Assembly: GCF_009914755.1 (NCBI RefSeq)
Contig: NC_060934.1
Direction: 5' to 3' (one strand)
Length of the DNA: 64,000 nt
Source of the DNA: the human T2T-CHM13v2.0 reference genome, Homo sapiens
A program made the translations under genes and the position numbers. The notes beneath the pieces were generated by a model that ran no database searches, was not told the origin of the DNA, and saw nothing but the letters and a program-made list of their open reading frames with translations. Below, in pieces: positions 1 to 13,958 of the stretch (position 1 is the stretch's first letter; each line of letters starts with the position of its first letter).

Positions 1-297
1 CTTGTTAGGAACCGGACCGCCCAGCAGGAGAGGAGCAGCAGGCGAGAGAGCGTTACTGCCTGAGCCCCACCTCCCGTCAGATCAGCGGCAGCCTCGGAAT
101 CTCCTAGGAGCACGAACCTGGTCTAAACTGCACATGCTGAAGGGTCTAGGTTGCGTGCTCCTTATGAGAATCTAATTCCCGATGAGCTGAGGTGGAGCAG
201 TTTCATCTCAAAACCTTCCCCTCAACCCCTGGTCTGGTGGGAAAATTGTCTTCCACGAAACTTCTTTCCCCGGTGCCAAAAAGGTTGGGGACTGCTG
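1..297 (+). mobile_element. MER1B-like hAT-Charlie DNA transposon fossil (5' part outside window)
   Basis: Characteristic MER1 text (cttatgagaatctaat...ttgtcttccacgaaac...ggtgccaaaaaggttggggactgctg) ending in a CTG terminal inverted repeat end at 297. Confidence 0.75.
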
Positions 298-463
298 GAA
301 TCAGCCACTGATAGTTCCACACTGCTTGGCGCTGTTACCTCAATTGAGATCCATTTTCGAGTCATATCCATGTGTAGGGTTTATCATATCAAACTGGAAA
401 GACCTGGACTTCCCCAGAGGAACGGTGTTCTGGATTGTTTCACGAGCCCCAAATAAATTCTGA

Positions 464-786
<323 letters not shown>

Positions 787-1806
787 TCTGAAAGCTGTTT
801 TTAAAATAGTGAATTAATCTTGTTGCTCCTGAGCACACAATGTGACAATATTTCAGTAATAAAATAAATGTGGTAAATCTGTGTTTCTGGTATCCATGTA
901 CATTTGAATATAGGAGAAAACTATCTGCTTGCCCACACTGCTAACTGCATCTGTACTGGTCTCCCTTACCAAAAAGAAGATCCATAAGTTCAGCCCAACA
1001 CTCAGTCTTTCACCTAAGTTAAGCTGCGGTTCAGCTGAGTTGGACAAGTCCAGCAGCACCCCAGGGGCTCCATGCCTTTATCTTGTGGCACCCACTCATT
1101 CTGCATGGCAGGAAAAATGCAGCCCTGAAAGCACTAGTGGAAAATGCAGACTTTCTCATAGGTATATTAATGTTTTTGAAGATTGACATTTACAACGCGT
1201 GACTTCGATGTACATACCACCAGATAGTTGTGAGTTTTGACAAGCTGTATGTTTCACTCTGCAGTGAGGACTTTTAAAATGGCTGCCCATTTGCTTGGTC
1301 ATGTAGTGGTGGCTGCAGCTGTACGCCTGTGAATAGATGCATTCATGTTTGTAGTTACCATGATGATCTTTATGTTGGCACCAGAGTCAGTGAACCAATG
1401 TGCTTCTGATGAAAGATGAAGAAAGCTGAACGGTGCTGGAAAGTAGAAGAGAGGGAGGGAATGGACCCTGATTGACAGAGATGAGTTACGGTAACTGCTA
1501 GACTACAGAGAGAGATAATTAGTCACGCTATGTTGGTTTCAATAGATCTAACACCTGGTTGTTAAAAAGAGTAAATTGATTAATTGTTTTAAGGCAGCAG
1601 TGTTAGTTTCCCCAGTGTTTATGTTTCTTAATAGAGATTGGACATGAATATGGATTTACAGCCCCAGCTCTGGGGACCTTCAGTCCATCAGTAGGCAGTA
1701 GCAACCAACCCTGGAAATGCAGAGTAAACTGAATTTGTCCCCAGTTTAATGAGGGAGTTACTTTGCTCTCACCATCTCCACTTTGCCCTTGTGTGTTCAT
1801 CCGCAG

Positions 1807-1870
1807 CTCCTGCAGCAGGCCACCTCCTCCAGCAACCTGGGTGCGTTCAGCGGCATTCAACAAATGGCAG
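1807..1870 (+). CDS. CELF2: CELF2 internal coding exon (64 nt), divergent domain LLQQATSSSNLGAFSGIQQMA(G)
   Basis: ccgcag| acceptor, CAG|gtaagt donor, phase 0 to 1. The peptide matches the recognised CELF2 sequence and joins in frame to the exon at 16495. Confidence 0.97.
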
Positions 1871-4800
1871 GTAAGTCAGGAAGCACGCCTCTCCTTTTGA
1901 CCGTGCTATTGTCAGAATTTGGGGTTGGTTCCGAGGGCAAAGACAAGAAGCAGGGGAAGAGAACCAAGAATGATGATCAGACTTGTTAGCTTTCTGTCTT
2001 TGGTGTTAACGTTGGAACCGCCTGCTCTGAAGTGTCTCTGTTACTTCTTAGGTTACCTACCCACCTTCGCTGTGCATGACCGCTATAGAATGAAGGGGCT
2101 GAGAAATCCTGATTGGCATCTATATCAACAAATGATTATATCAACGACTCTCTAGTCATTTGTTGTTTTTATAAATAAGATTGATTACTGGGGGCTTTCC
2201 ATCCAGATTCCTATATCTAGGGCAGCCAAATGATTGACAGCCCTCTAAAATTTTAATAATAGACAGTCAATAAAAATGTTCTGACCTCCGTAATGAAAGC
2301 CAGGATTGCAGGCCTATCTTTGATGCAGTTTGCAGCCCCTTGATAACGACAGACAATTAACAGGGTGCCTTTTTACTGTAGTGCCCCAGTTGACAGAATC
2401 ATGCATCAGAAGCTTTTATGTGAAAGTGGAATCTTTGTTCTGGAGAAAATCAAAGTGTGACTGTATTTGAAAGCCAGCTCGTTGAAGGATTCCTTCTTCT
2501 AATGAGCTGCGCCAGTAGTAACTGAGGTGTGGTGATTAGCGAAAGGTCACTCCTGCCGTGCCACCTTCCGTGCCGATTTCCCTACCTAACACGGGGCCAG
2601 GGAAGGCAGCGAGCGCAATAAATCAGAACACAGGTGCCCATTAACCTGCCGTGAGGAACGGTCAGAGAGCCTTTTCCTTGTTTCATTCCAAAAAGGTGGG
2701 GGGAGAGAGCAAGGAGAACAGGTTTTTGGCATATTAGAACCAAGCACGGTTTGTGTTAATCAAGGACACCCTGAATCAGTGCAATGAAACCTACATGTGC
2801 AGAATGAAGCGTTTTTTCTTTGTCATCATGAAAACTCCTTTTTTTCTACCTTTCTGTTTCTTTTTTTAAATATGTATCCTTGGGGTTTGTTTATTTTTTT
2901 TTTCTTGTTTCACTTCAAATGAATCTGGAAAAACTTTCCAGGGGGCTTCTCCCTGGGTGTGGTGTGTGATCGGCAGCCCCGCCGTTGTGGCCCGAGGCTC
3001 CTGGAAGCTCATCAGCTGATGGTCTTCCTTGGCCTGTAGTAAAAATACTGCTGAATTCCTCGTTGGGCTTTAAATCCATTGGCACTGCCACCTGGTTCCA
3101 TTGTAACATAGCTTTTGGATTATTAGAAATAGGAATAACTTGATAGTTAAATCATTCAGCAGCATCTTTACGAATATGGTTTGGGAAGCTGGCCTTGGAG
3201 CTAAGAATCACATTGAATGGTTAATTTATTTTTAATTCTATGAAAGGAGCTGGAGAGAGAGAAGTAAAATATTCAGGGGATTTTCTGTGTTTTAAAAGAG
3301 AAAACCTCCTGATTGCAAGCTCTAAAATAAATGCTAAGATTTGTCACACTTTCAGCCCACGGGAGATTTGCTTTTCTCGCATAGTATGGACTCACCAGGA
3401 TCTGAAATTAGGGGCTTTCCTTAGAGGTGGCCTCAGGCTTTCCTACCCCCACAGTTGGATTATGCAGAGAAGGTCACTGGGTCCTGAGGCTGCTGCCGAG
3501 CGTGCTGTCCCGGGTGGACAGCGTGCCCTGTCATCTTTCATTAGGATGTGTGTGCCTGTGCCGCACCAGCCACAAGTCAGGATGCCAGCCCCTGCACGCC
3601 CTGCGTGCTCATTTGAAAACTGAGGGTATCTGGGAAGTCACCTTACAAGGTGCCGAGGAGCAGATGGCTAATTTAAAGGCAATCTGTATGTGCTCTGAGC
3701 CTCCCAAATTATCCATTTCTTGAATCCTCAATGTGTGAAATTCAGCACACTAAGTCCTCACAGGCTAGGAAATCAAATGCTGGACAGGCCATTCCCTACC
3801 ATCATCTGGAGTATTCAGAGTATTTGGAATATTCACAGTCTTCAAGGTGTAGCTGTCGGGCTCTGTGAAGGATACCTTGCATTTATAGGGATCGTCAGGT
3901 CTCCTCTTCCTACGTATTTGAAGTATTATGGCTTGGAGTACTTTCTCCACCAATGAAGAAAAGTTTATATGGCCTCTCCTACGCTCTTGTCTTGTCCCAA
4001 AAGTAGGGCTTAACTCTGTCCTTGCCATCAATCTGTGCACATGTTATGGAGTGACCATGGTGAATGGGCGATAGAGGTTCCTTCCTAGGAGAAACTTTCC
4101 CAGCTTCCCCAAATGTGAGAGGGGCGCCTCTCTCCCGAATTCCCCAGAGCCCTTTCCTCCCTTCCCTCTGCCCTCACCTCCCTGGATGCTTCAGGATACT
4201 CTGTGGATACTCTTCCGTGCTCCAGGAGAGCATGGCCCCGTGGCTGATAGACTCAGCTCTCACCCCTCTAAGAGCTGCTCATGAGTATCCTCGAGTGGAT
4301 GAGTGAACAGATTTCTAACTCAACAGACATAAATCCCCAGTGGAGCTTAAGTTAAATGCCTGGTTTTTAAATTAAGAAATATGACTTCAGCAATATGTAT
4401 AAACCAAAGGAACATTAAACTAATGATAGTATCTTTACAAATGAGTTGTTGAGGATTTGGAGATAGTTTGTATAACATAAAACATAACAAATACAGTAGA
4501 AAGCATATGGTAGTGGGATTGAAGAAACCCGAGAGGTTATTTATCCCAAACACCACCTGATGTTACAGTGCTTATTGAGTGATTGATACTGTGTCCTACG
4601 TAGAGGGGGCACATAAACAATTCACATGTAATTTTTCTGTATTACATTGACAGATATATATAAAATGATCTCTGCATCTAAAATTCAAGCAGTCCAGCCT
4701 GGAATACTATCACCAAAAAGTGAAAACTGATTTTAGAAACGAATAATATTTTGTTGTGAACAACTCTGAAAACATACTGGTCGATGAGGTTTATAGCTAG

Positions 4801-7731
4801 AGTCTAAAATGCCACATTTATATGGGTGAAACATTTTCAGCTTCAGGAGAAAATAAAACCAAAAAAAAGAAAGAGAAATTTTAGACGACTGGATCCTAAG
4901 TAGTTGCATGTATAAAATTGAATGAGACGTCAGCTATACTTCCTTTCCCAAAAAATCTTACCATTTTCCCTTCAAACTAAAAATAACTTCAAGTGTGCTT
5001 TATGGTTTTTATCCAAGAGAACCTTTATGAAATATGGAATTTAGAAGCAGAAAATGGATTAGGAACATACCTTTATAAATTGACGGCTTTTATATCTACT
5101 TTTTGTGCCTCCTTGGAGTTGGTTGGTTTTTATTTTCCCTCTTAAAACTTCTAATGAAAACTTGTCCATTTCTCTCTCAGCGGTGATATTTGTTCAGTGA
5201 ATTTCAGAAATCTCAGAAACTTGGGGTCTGAGTTTGGGCTGAGAGCTGGGATTTTTCTTGAAAGAGAAAGGGAGTAAGAGAAAGTGTCTTCTCTGCCTTT
5301 AATTTGTTTATAACAACTATCAACTCAGAAGATCATATAACAGAAAAACAAGGGGTAGTGTTTTACCATTTTGTTTTTGACAAAGCTCCTTTTAAAAATC
5401 ATGCAGCTGTCCTCATAGCAAGCTAAGGACGTGACTACCACTTTGTTACTACATTACGGTTGGAAAAAGGGAAGATGAAAAGGTTCAGTGAGTAATGTGA
5501 GACCACAGCACTAGTCAATGACCTAACAAGGATTAGGGTATAGAATTCCCAAATATCACAACAACCTGATGAAGTAGGGACTCTAAGTTAGCCCACCGCA
5601 TGGCCGGGCAACTGAGGCTTAGAGAGATGAGCAGACTTGTCCAAAGGCACTAAGCTAGTAGGTGGCAGGACCAAGCTTCAGGTCCGGCTCACTGATGCAA
5701 ACCCAGGCTGGCAAACCGTGCTCTGTGTCTCAGCCCCTTGAGGTGTGTTTCACGGCCCCCACACTGTTAGGAAGCACTTCAGAGGTGGTAACAGGAAAGC
5801 TGCCTCCCTTCATCCTGGAAAACATCTCAAGTTTATCATGAGTGAGTTTTTCTTTTTAGGGGGGATTTTTTTCTAGGATAAAGAATTGTTACTAAACCAG
5901 TTCCAGAGGTTCTGAAGCTGCGGCGGAAGTGTCTTTTGATGAACGGGAGGAAACTGCTTCGTTTCAATTCTGATTCTGAGTAAAGCAAGTAGTAATTCCC
6001 TTCCAGAATATCTGGTCTAAGTTTTGAAGGTAACAATAACATTATGGAGTGCAAATATTTGCTTAAAACCATGAAGCAGCTCTTCATTTATCAACTTGAG
6101 ATCTGTTCTCTTAGAAGACTGTCTTGGTGTCTAGCACGAGTGGAGAGGAGGGAGACATTTGCAAAAACAGTGTATCGGAGGTCTGAGAATGTCGAATTGG
6201 AGGCGCTCCCGGAGTGGTGAAGTGTGCTTGGTACATCCACAAAGACTCACGCAGAACTTGGTTCCTCCCCAAGCTGAGTCTCCAGCAGTCCACACTGCAG
6301 GCCTTATGAGAACGTTCTATAACCACCCATCTGTCACTTTTTAACAGACCTGATTGGCAAGCACTTGTAACAACTGACATCTGTTCATGCTTATTGATAT
6401 GCAGATTTATGGTAATTGCTATGAACAATAAGACACAAAATTACCTAAGGTGAACATTAAATTAAATTTTCATGCCCTTCTCCTTATAAATAATTTTTTT
6501 TAAATCTTAAGTTTCAAGTAGGCATATTGCGCATCTGTTTGGTACATAATTTCTTCGTTTTGAGAAGGATATTTTTCCCCAAGTATTGAATGAAAGTTGA
6601 ATCCCTGTATTCTCAACTTTCTTTGCCATCTTCTTAGCCCATCGTTGAGTTCCTAAAACTTACTGAAATGTTTTGCATGTTCAGTCACCCAGTTTATTGC
6701 CCCTGGTTCGAGAGGTGCCCATCTGAGCAGAGTGCTTCATGAAGTCAAATGCAGTTTTTCTTCTCGGAAAGGAACCGTTTGCCAAGCACGCGCCCTTGCC
6801 TCTCGGTCTGGTGCCCTTTCAGGATGAGCGTGTGGGATAAAGTGTGACTTGGGGTGCAGACTGAGGAGGCGCCTGGGAGAGGGGCTGAGATGGGGAAAGG
6901 ACGGGGCACCCACATACCTCAGAAAAGAGAGAGCGACAGAGGGGAACCAGAAAGAGGACTTCCGGATGAGCGGAAGTGAAGCCCGCTGTTAGTTCTGGGG
7001 AGGAATAAGGGGAGTTGCAGGAGAGGCCCCGCGCCCCATCCAGGAGCAGGCCTGCGCCTGACACCTGTGCCCGAGAAGCCTAGTCCGGCTAAGAAGGGAG
7101 AGGGAACCTCTGTCCTCACCCAGATGCCCTGGCTGGTGTCCGCACATCAGGCCAGTGCCTTTCCCCAAAACCGTTTCTCCCCCGCATAGGAGGGGAAGGC
7201 AGGCAGGTGCGATGTCCACGTTCCGGGTGATGGCGCTGTGGCTGTGGATCCATCTGTGGTGGGAGGAGCCAAGACATCAGCCACCAGGGACGTGCATCGT
7301 TGCCAGGGAAGGGCCCAGGAACACTGGGGCCAAGACAGTCCCCACGCTCTTCTCGCCCCGGGTTATTACTGTGGTGTGACAGAGCATGAGATGGTCAGTA
7401 GCACCTAGAAGATCGGTAGGTGCAGGGATGTCCATGGGGCAGGATGGACAGAGGACACATGGGCCACGGCCTCTGCCTGGCTGAGTGGACAGAGGCCGCT
7501 CTGGGTGGGGGAAACGGTGCCCTCACTGCCCTCCAGCCTCAGTCCTGGTTGGAGTGAGATGCCCAAGAGGCAGGGGAGGTCCTAGGGCTCTGAAGGGCTG
7601 CTCTCTAGGGCTTCCTGGCGCCAGCCTCCACTGGGTCCTTCCCCATTGACACCTGTGCCCAGGAAGGTAGCTAAGAATGGAGGAGCTCGGGCTCGCCTGG
7701 CTGCTTCTGATGCTGGCGTGCGTGTGCATGC

Positions 7732-7740
<9 letters not shown>

Positions 7741-7770
<30 letters not shown>
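7741..7770 (+). repeat. (TG)15 microsatellite
   Basis: Directly read. Confidence 0.95.
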
Positions 7771-7772
<2 letters not shown>

Positions 7773-8227
7773 CAGAATGGGAGGAGGCACTGTCTTCATC
7801 CTCCCTCTTCTCCGTGTCCTCACTCCTCAGCTCTCGTTTCTTCCTGATGGCCCAAGTCACTGCCCCACCCCCAGGCTGTCATGCAGTGATTTTCCACTAC
7901 CACTTGTATCTCTTTCAGATTGTCAAAAGAGGTCAGAAGTTCTTCAGCTTTTTAGGAGCTGTCACCAAACACATTTTGCATGCACATCACACACATACTT
8001 TTTCATAAAATGTCAGAGTTTGTGGAGACCCTGAACCCTGTCAGGGACCTCTGCCTCAGAAGCACCAAGTTCAGGGGACTGACGTGGGGTAGATGAAGAA
8101 CACGACGAAGAGCACTGAGGCAGCGGCGGACGAGGGTCTGTCTGGTCACTGAAGCAGCTAGAGCCAGTGGTTTGTGGTATCTGGGATTCTGGGGATGGAT
8201 GCAGAAGGAAATCACGTTAAGAAACTA

Positions 8228-8499
8228 GGCCAGGTGTGGCGGCTCACACTTGTAGTCCCAGCACTTTGGGAGGCAGAAGCAGGCAAGGATCACTTGAGCC
8301 CCGGAGTTCCCGACCAGCCTGAGCAACACAGCAAAACCCCTTTCCTACAAAAGTTAGCTGGGTGTGGTGGCGAGCGCCTGTAGTCCCAGCTACTCAGGAG
8401 GCTGAGGTAGGAGGATCGCTTGAGCCTGGGAGATGATGGCTGCAGTGAGCCATAATTTCACTCCAGCCCGGTGACGGAGCAAGACCCTGTCTCAAAAAA
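8228..8499 (+). mobile_element. Alu (AluJ-like)
   Basis: ggccaggtgtggcggctcacacttgtagtcccagcactttgggagg...gaccctgtctcaaaaaa. Confidence 0.93.
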
Positions 8500-9299
8500 T
8501 ATATATGTATGTTAATTGCCAAATTGATTGAGAGAGCAAAACGTAGTACATAGTTAAGTAGTTAGTGGTTAACTGGTTAACCTAGTTCTTAGTTACAAAT
8601 GAAGACACGATCACAAGTTCATTCCCAGACCTCTGGCATTCAGGCGAGTTGCACAAAATTCGTACTGGCCCCAATGTTCTTGGACCCTGGGGCAGGGAGC
8701 GGCACTTCATGGTGAAGCAGCGCTAGACTGGAATCCGCCCCAGCTCTCACATCTGTTCATACTGTTGTGGTGGGGCGAGCAAGGCCACTCCCAGTGGATA
8801 TGGGGACCTGGGGGGTAGAGTTAACTTCTGGGCCCCTGTCACATTGCCTTTCGAAACCCTATGCTGGACCAGCCCTTTCCTTCCTCTTCCTCCCCTCCAT
8901 CCGTCCCTCCCTATCCCTCCCTCCCTATCCCTTCTAAACTTCTCTCAGATGCAAAGTTTAAGGAAGGAAATGGATACCAATGCACAGGAGGAGAAGGAAG
9001 AGGTCAGAACAGCTCCAGATGGGGACCGAGAGGGCAGAGGGCAGCCCGTGGGTAGGCCAGGCTGGCAGGGAGAGGACAGGCACCCAGGGAAGGGGCGGGG
9101 CTCTCTCAGGGAGTGGCCCTTGGAGAATGGCTCATGGTGTTTTCACCTCTTCATGCCCGTTTCCTCTGTAACATGTAGGAGAGTCACAATGCCCACACCA
9201 CGTGGATGTGTTAGGAACCCTAGTAGCAGAGCACGGGTAAGGCACTGAGGAGCTTGCCTGGCACGCGCTTTGTTCTTGCTTCTGCTGTCATTGTCGTTT

Positions 9300-9560
9300 A
9301 GGACAGTATTATTGCAGTTATTAGTCTGAGAGCTTCTTTTTTGAGCTTAACTCTGCACTAGGCATTGTTTGAGCTTTCTATGTGTTGACCCATTTAATCT
9401 CTTAATCCTCAAGAGGTGAGTTCTACTTCAGTCGCACTTTACACTTGAAAACCCCAAGGTGCAAACAGGTAACGAGCTTGCTCCAGGTAACAGGCTGCCA
9501 GTAAGTGAGGCAGAGCCAGCTTTCAGCCCGGGTCATGTGAGAGCAGGACCTGAGCTCTTG
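9300..9560 (-). mobile_element. MIR fragment
   Basis: Degenerate MIR core (catttaatctc...aggtaacgagcttgctccaggtaacaggctgccagtaagtgaggcagagccag). Boundaries approximate. Confidence 0.55.
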
Positions 9561-9699
9561 CTGACCAGCCTGCGCTGCCTTCGGGAGGTGGTGGTGATTG
9601 CTGCTGTTATCCCTGGTGTCACCAGTGGAGCTTGTGTTCCAAGAAACGTGAGGCCCTGCCTCACCTCTGGTGTACAAGCACTTAACTTCTTTTCTCTTT

Positions 9700-9816
9700 A
9701 AGACATGGGGTCTCACTCTGTTGCCCAGGCTGGACTTGAACTCCTGGGCCCAAGCGATCCTTTAGCCTCAGCCTCCTGAGTAGCTGGAACTATAGGCACA
9801 CGCTACCACACCTGGC
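9700..9816 (-). mobile_element. Alu monomer fragment (FLAM-like), antisense
   Basis: agacatggggtctcactctgttgcccaggctgg...gcctcagcctcctgagtagctgg...ccacacctggc. Confidence 0.85.
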
Positions 9817-10184
9817 TTATGAGCACGCACTTCTGAAAATAAGAGTTGGGAGGACCATGAAAGCCTCATGGGTCAGCACACAAGGACTAGGAGAGGGACA
9901 GGCTGGAAGGGATGACATCTCTTGCAGCTTCTCAGCTGGGCTGTGCTTTGCTTTCCTGTGCTTCTCTACCATCCCCATCGAATCAAAGACTTCAGGGAGG
10001 ATTTCATTCTGAATCTGGGCCTATTTCAAGAAACTGATGAACTGGTGGGATTTCTTCCCCACTCCCTGACATCTCCCTGCTCTGATATCCAGCAATCTGC
10101 TCGGGTACACAGACTATCATGTTTTCTACTTTATCCTCAGTGTGTTGCACAGGGTCTAGCCCATCATGGCCACTCAGTAATTAC

Positions 10185-13100
10185 TGGATGGTTGGATGGA
10201 TGGATGATGGGTAGATAGATGGATGGGTGAGTAGATGATGGGTGAGTGAGTGGGTGGATAATGGATGGATGGGTGATAATGGATGGATGATGAATGGATA
10301 GATGGGTGGATGATGGGTGGGTGGGTAGATGGATGGGTGACTAGATGATGGATGGGGGCTGAATGATGGATGGGTGGGTGGGTGGATGCATGGTTGATGG
10401 ACGATGGGTGGATAATGGGTGGGTGGATGATGGATGGATGGATGGGTGGGTCAAATATGTCCTGGAGGGGGACTCCCTGGCCTGAGCCTAGAATGGTGGC
10501 TCTGCTTGTCATTAATCAGTGCCAGATCATAGATGGATGTGGGGTAGATGATGAGTGGATGGGTGGATGGTGGGTGGATGATGGATGGAGTGGATGAGGG
10601 ATGAGTGTGTGGTGGGTGGATGATGGATGGAGGGGTGGGTGGATGATGGGTGAGTGTGTGGTGGGTGGATGAGGGATGAGTGTGTGGTGGGTGGATGAGG
10701 GATGAGTGTGTGGTGGGTGGATGAGGGATGAGTGTGTGGTGGGTGGATGAGGGATGAGTGTGTGGTGGGTGGATGAGGGATGAGTGTGTGGTAAGTGGAT
10801 GATGGATGGAGGGGTGGGTGGATGATGGATGAGTGTGTGGTAGGTGGATGATGGATGAGTGTGTGGTGGGTGGATGAGGGATGAGTGGTGGGTGGATGAT
10901 GGATGAGTGTGTGGTGAGTGGATGAGGGATGAGTGTGTGGTGGGTGGATGAGGGATGGAGGGGTGGGTGGATGATGGATGACTGTGGTAGGTGGATGATG
11001 GATGAGTGTGTGGTGGGTGGATGAGGGATGAGTGTGTGGTGGGTGGATGATGGATGAGTGTGTGGTGAGTGGATGAGGGATGAGTGTGTGGTGGGTGGAT
11101 GACGGAGGGGTGGGTGGATGATGGATGACTGTGTGGTAGGTGGATGATGGATGAGTGCGTGGTGGGTGGATGAGGGATGAGTGCGTGGTGGGTGGATGAG
11201 GGATGAGTGTGTGGTGGGGGATGAGGGATGAGTGTGTGGTGGGTGGATGAGGGATGAGTGTGTGGTGGGTGGATGATGGATGAGTGTGTGGTGAGTGGAT
11301 GAGGGATGAGTGTGTGGTGGGTGGATGACGGAGGGGTGGGTGGATGATGGATGACTGTGTGGTAGGTGGATGATGGATGAGTGTGTGGTGGGTGGATGAG
11401 GGATGAGTGCGTGGTGGGTGGATGAGGGATGAGTGTGTGGTGGGGGATGAGGGATGAGTGTGTGGTGGGTGGATGAGGGATGAGTGTGTGGTGGGTGGAT
11501 GATGGATGAGTGTGTGGTGAGTGGATGAGGGATGAGTGTGTGGTGGGTGGATGACGGAGGGGTGGGTGGATGATGGATGACTGTGTGGTAGGTGGATGAT
11601 GGATGAGTGCGTGGTGGGTGGATGAGGGATGAGTGCGTGGTGGGTGGATGAGGGATGAGTGTGTGGTGGGGGATGAGGGATGAGTGTGTGGTGGGTGGAT
11701 GAGGGATGAGTGTGTGGTGGGTGGATGATGGATGAGTGTGTGGTGAGTGGATGAGGGATGAGTGTGTGGTGGGTCGATGACGGAGGGGTGGGTGGATGAT
11801 GGATGACTGTGGTGGGTGGATGATGGATGAGTGTGTGGTGGGTGGATGAGGGATGAGTGCGTGGTGGGTGGATGAGGGATGAGTGTGTGGTGGGGGATGA
11901 GGGATGAGTGTGTGGTGGGTGGATGAGGGATGAGTGTGTGGTGGGTGGATGATGGATGGAGGGGTGGGTGGACGATGGATGAGTGTGTGGTAGGTAGACG
12001 ATGGATGAGTGTGTGGTGGGTGGATGAGGGATGAGTGTGTGGTGGGTGGATGATGGATAAGTGTCTGGTGAGTGGATGAGGGATGAGTGTGTGGTGGGTG
12101 GATGATGGATGGAGGGGTGGGTGGATGATGGATGACTGTGTGGTAGGTGGATGATGGATGAGTGTGTGGTGGGTGGATGAGGGATGAGTGTGTGGTGGGT
12201 GGATGACGGATGAGTGTGTGGTGAGTGGATGAGGGATGAGTGTGTGGTGGGTGGATGATGGATGAGTGTGTGGTGAGTGGATGAGGGATGAGTGTGTGGT
12301 GGGTGGATGATGGATGGAGGAGTGGGTGGATGATGGATGACTGTGTGGTAGGTGGATGATGGATGAGTGCGTGGTGGGTGGATGAGGGATGAGTGCGTGG
12401 TGGGTGGATGAGGGATGAGTGCGTGGTGGGTGGGTGAGGGATGAGTGTGTGGTGGGTGGATGAGGGATGAGTGTGTGGTGGGTGGATGAGGGATGAGTGT
12501 GGTGGGTGGATGAGGGATGAGTGTGTGGTGGGTGGATGAGGGATGAGTGCGTGGTGGGTGGATGAGGGATGAGTGTGTGGTGGGTGGATGAGGGATGAGT
12601 GTGTGGTGGGTGGATGAGGGATGAGTGGGAGCATGATGGACGGAGGGGTGGGTGGATGATGGATGGATGGTGGGTGAATGATGGATAGATAGATGGATGG
12701 GTGGGAGGATCCATACCACAATGAGGGATGGATGGGTGTGCTGATGAAGGATGTGTGAGTGTGTGGATGATGGATGAGTGGATGATGGATGGATGGGTGA
12801 GAGGATAATGGATGGATGGGTGGGTGGATGGATAGATAGTTGGGTAGATATGTGGGTGGATGGATGGATGGTGGATGGATGGTGGGCGGATGATGGATGG
12901 ATGGGTGGGAGAATAATGGATGGATGGGTGGATGATAGGTGAGTGGATGGATGGATAGTTGGGTAGATGTGTGGGTGGATGGGTGGATGGTTGGATGGTG
13001 GTTAGATGATGGATAGATGGGTGGGAGCATCTATTCCACAATGAGGGATGGATGAGTGTGTGGATGAGAGATGGATGGATGTGTGGATGACGGATGGGTG

Positions 13101-13258
13101 GGAGGATAGTGGATCTGTGGATGGATAATTAAGTGGATGGATGGATAGTTGGGTGGTTACGCGGAATGATGGATGGATGGATGGGTGGGTGGGTGGATGG
13201 GCGGATGATGGATATATGGATGGATGGTTGGATGGATGGATGGGCAGATAGATGGACG
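10185..13258 (+). repeat. GGAT-derived VNTR. Core ~10590-12625 has a 26-bp unit GGGATGAGTGTGTGGTGGGTGGATGA, flanked by degenerate (GGAT/GGGT)n
   Basis: Directly read. The variant marker GACGGAGGGG recurs at 11101, 11327, 11553 and 11779. Confidence 0.95.
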
Positions 13259-13912
13259 AGCAAATATGGATCCGCCTCCTTGATTGGTTCTGACTAACTC
13301 TTCTTCTCTCCTTTTGTCCTCACATCCCTCAGATGCTGGGGATCACAGTGTCCTCTCCTTTCCACTCTTCATCTCAGCTTCCTTGACTCATAGTTTTTCC
13401 TTTCCTTGCAGTCTGGCTGTTGAGCAGTGTTAGCTATGCCCCCGTGTGGTGCCTCAGAGACTCAGCCACTCCCCCTGGACTTTCCAGGCGGCAGCAGGGA
13501 AAGGCTTAGGAGAATGTCAGAAACTGTTGGATGGTAAAGTGTGTGGAGGAGAAATGAAGAGGAGGACACCCAGGCCCTTAGCCCTGGATCCTAAAGGAGC
13601 GGGCAGTGGAGAGAACCTGAGTGCTGTCAGCTCAGTTCCAGGACCTTTAGTGAATGTCAGTGGGTGAGAGAAGGACTAAACATGGGCCCTAGTAAGTATC
13701 TGTACAGTGGATTAGTTAATGATTGAGAGGAAACAGCCAATATTTGATGCTGTTGTAAATACCAAAGAACTAATAAATAATGGGGAAAACTAAAACCTTG
13801 GCTAGCTCTGTACAGACAATACTCTTCAGAGCAATTTATGTAAATGTCAAACTTGTCTGTTACCCTGTTTGTTTGTCTTACATAGATTTGCTCATCACCT
13901 ACTATATATATT

Positions 13913-13914
<2 letters not shown>

Positions 13915-13954
<40 letters not shown>
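13915..13954 (+). repeat. (TG)20 microsatellite
   Basis: Directly read. Confidence 0.95.

Positions 13955-13958
<4 letters not shown>

Noticed and set aside
10451-13041. Three 730-859 aa His/Pro/Thr/Ser-rich ORFs on the - strand
   Set aside because: They are open in all three frames only because the VNTR lacks TTA/CTA/TCA on the + strand. This is a repeat artefact with no domain or splice context.
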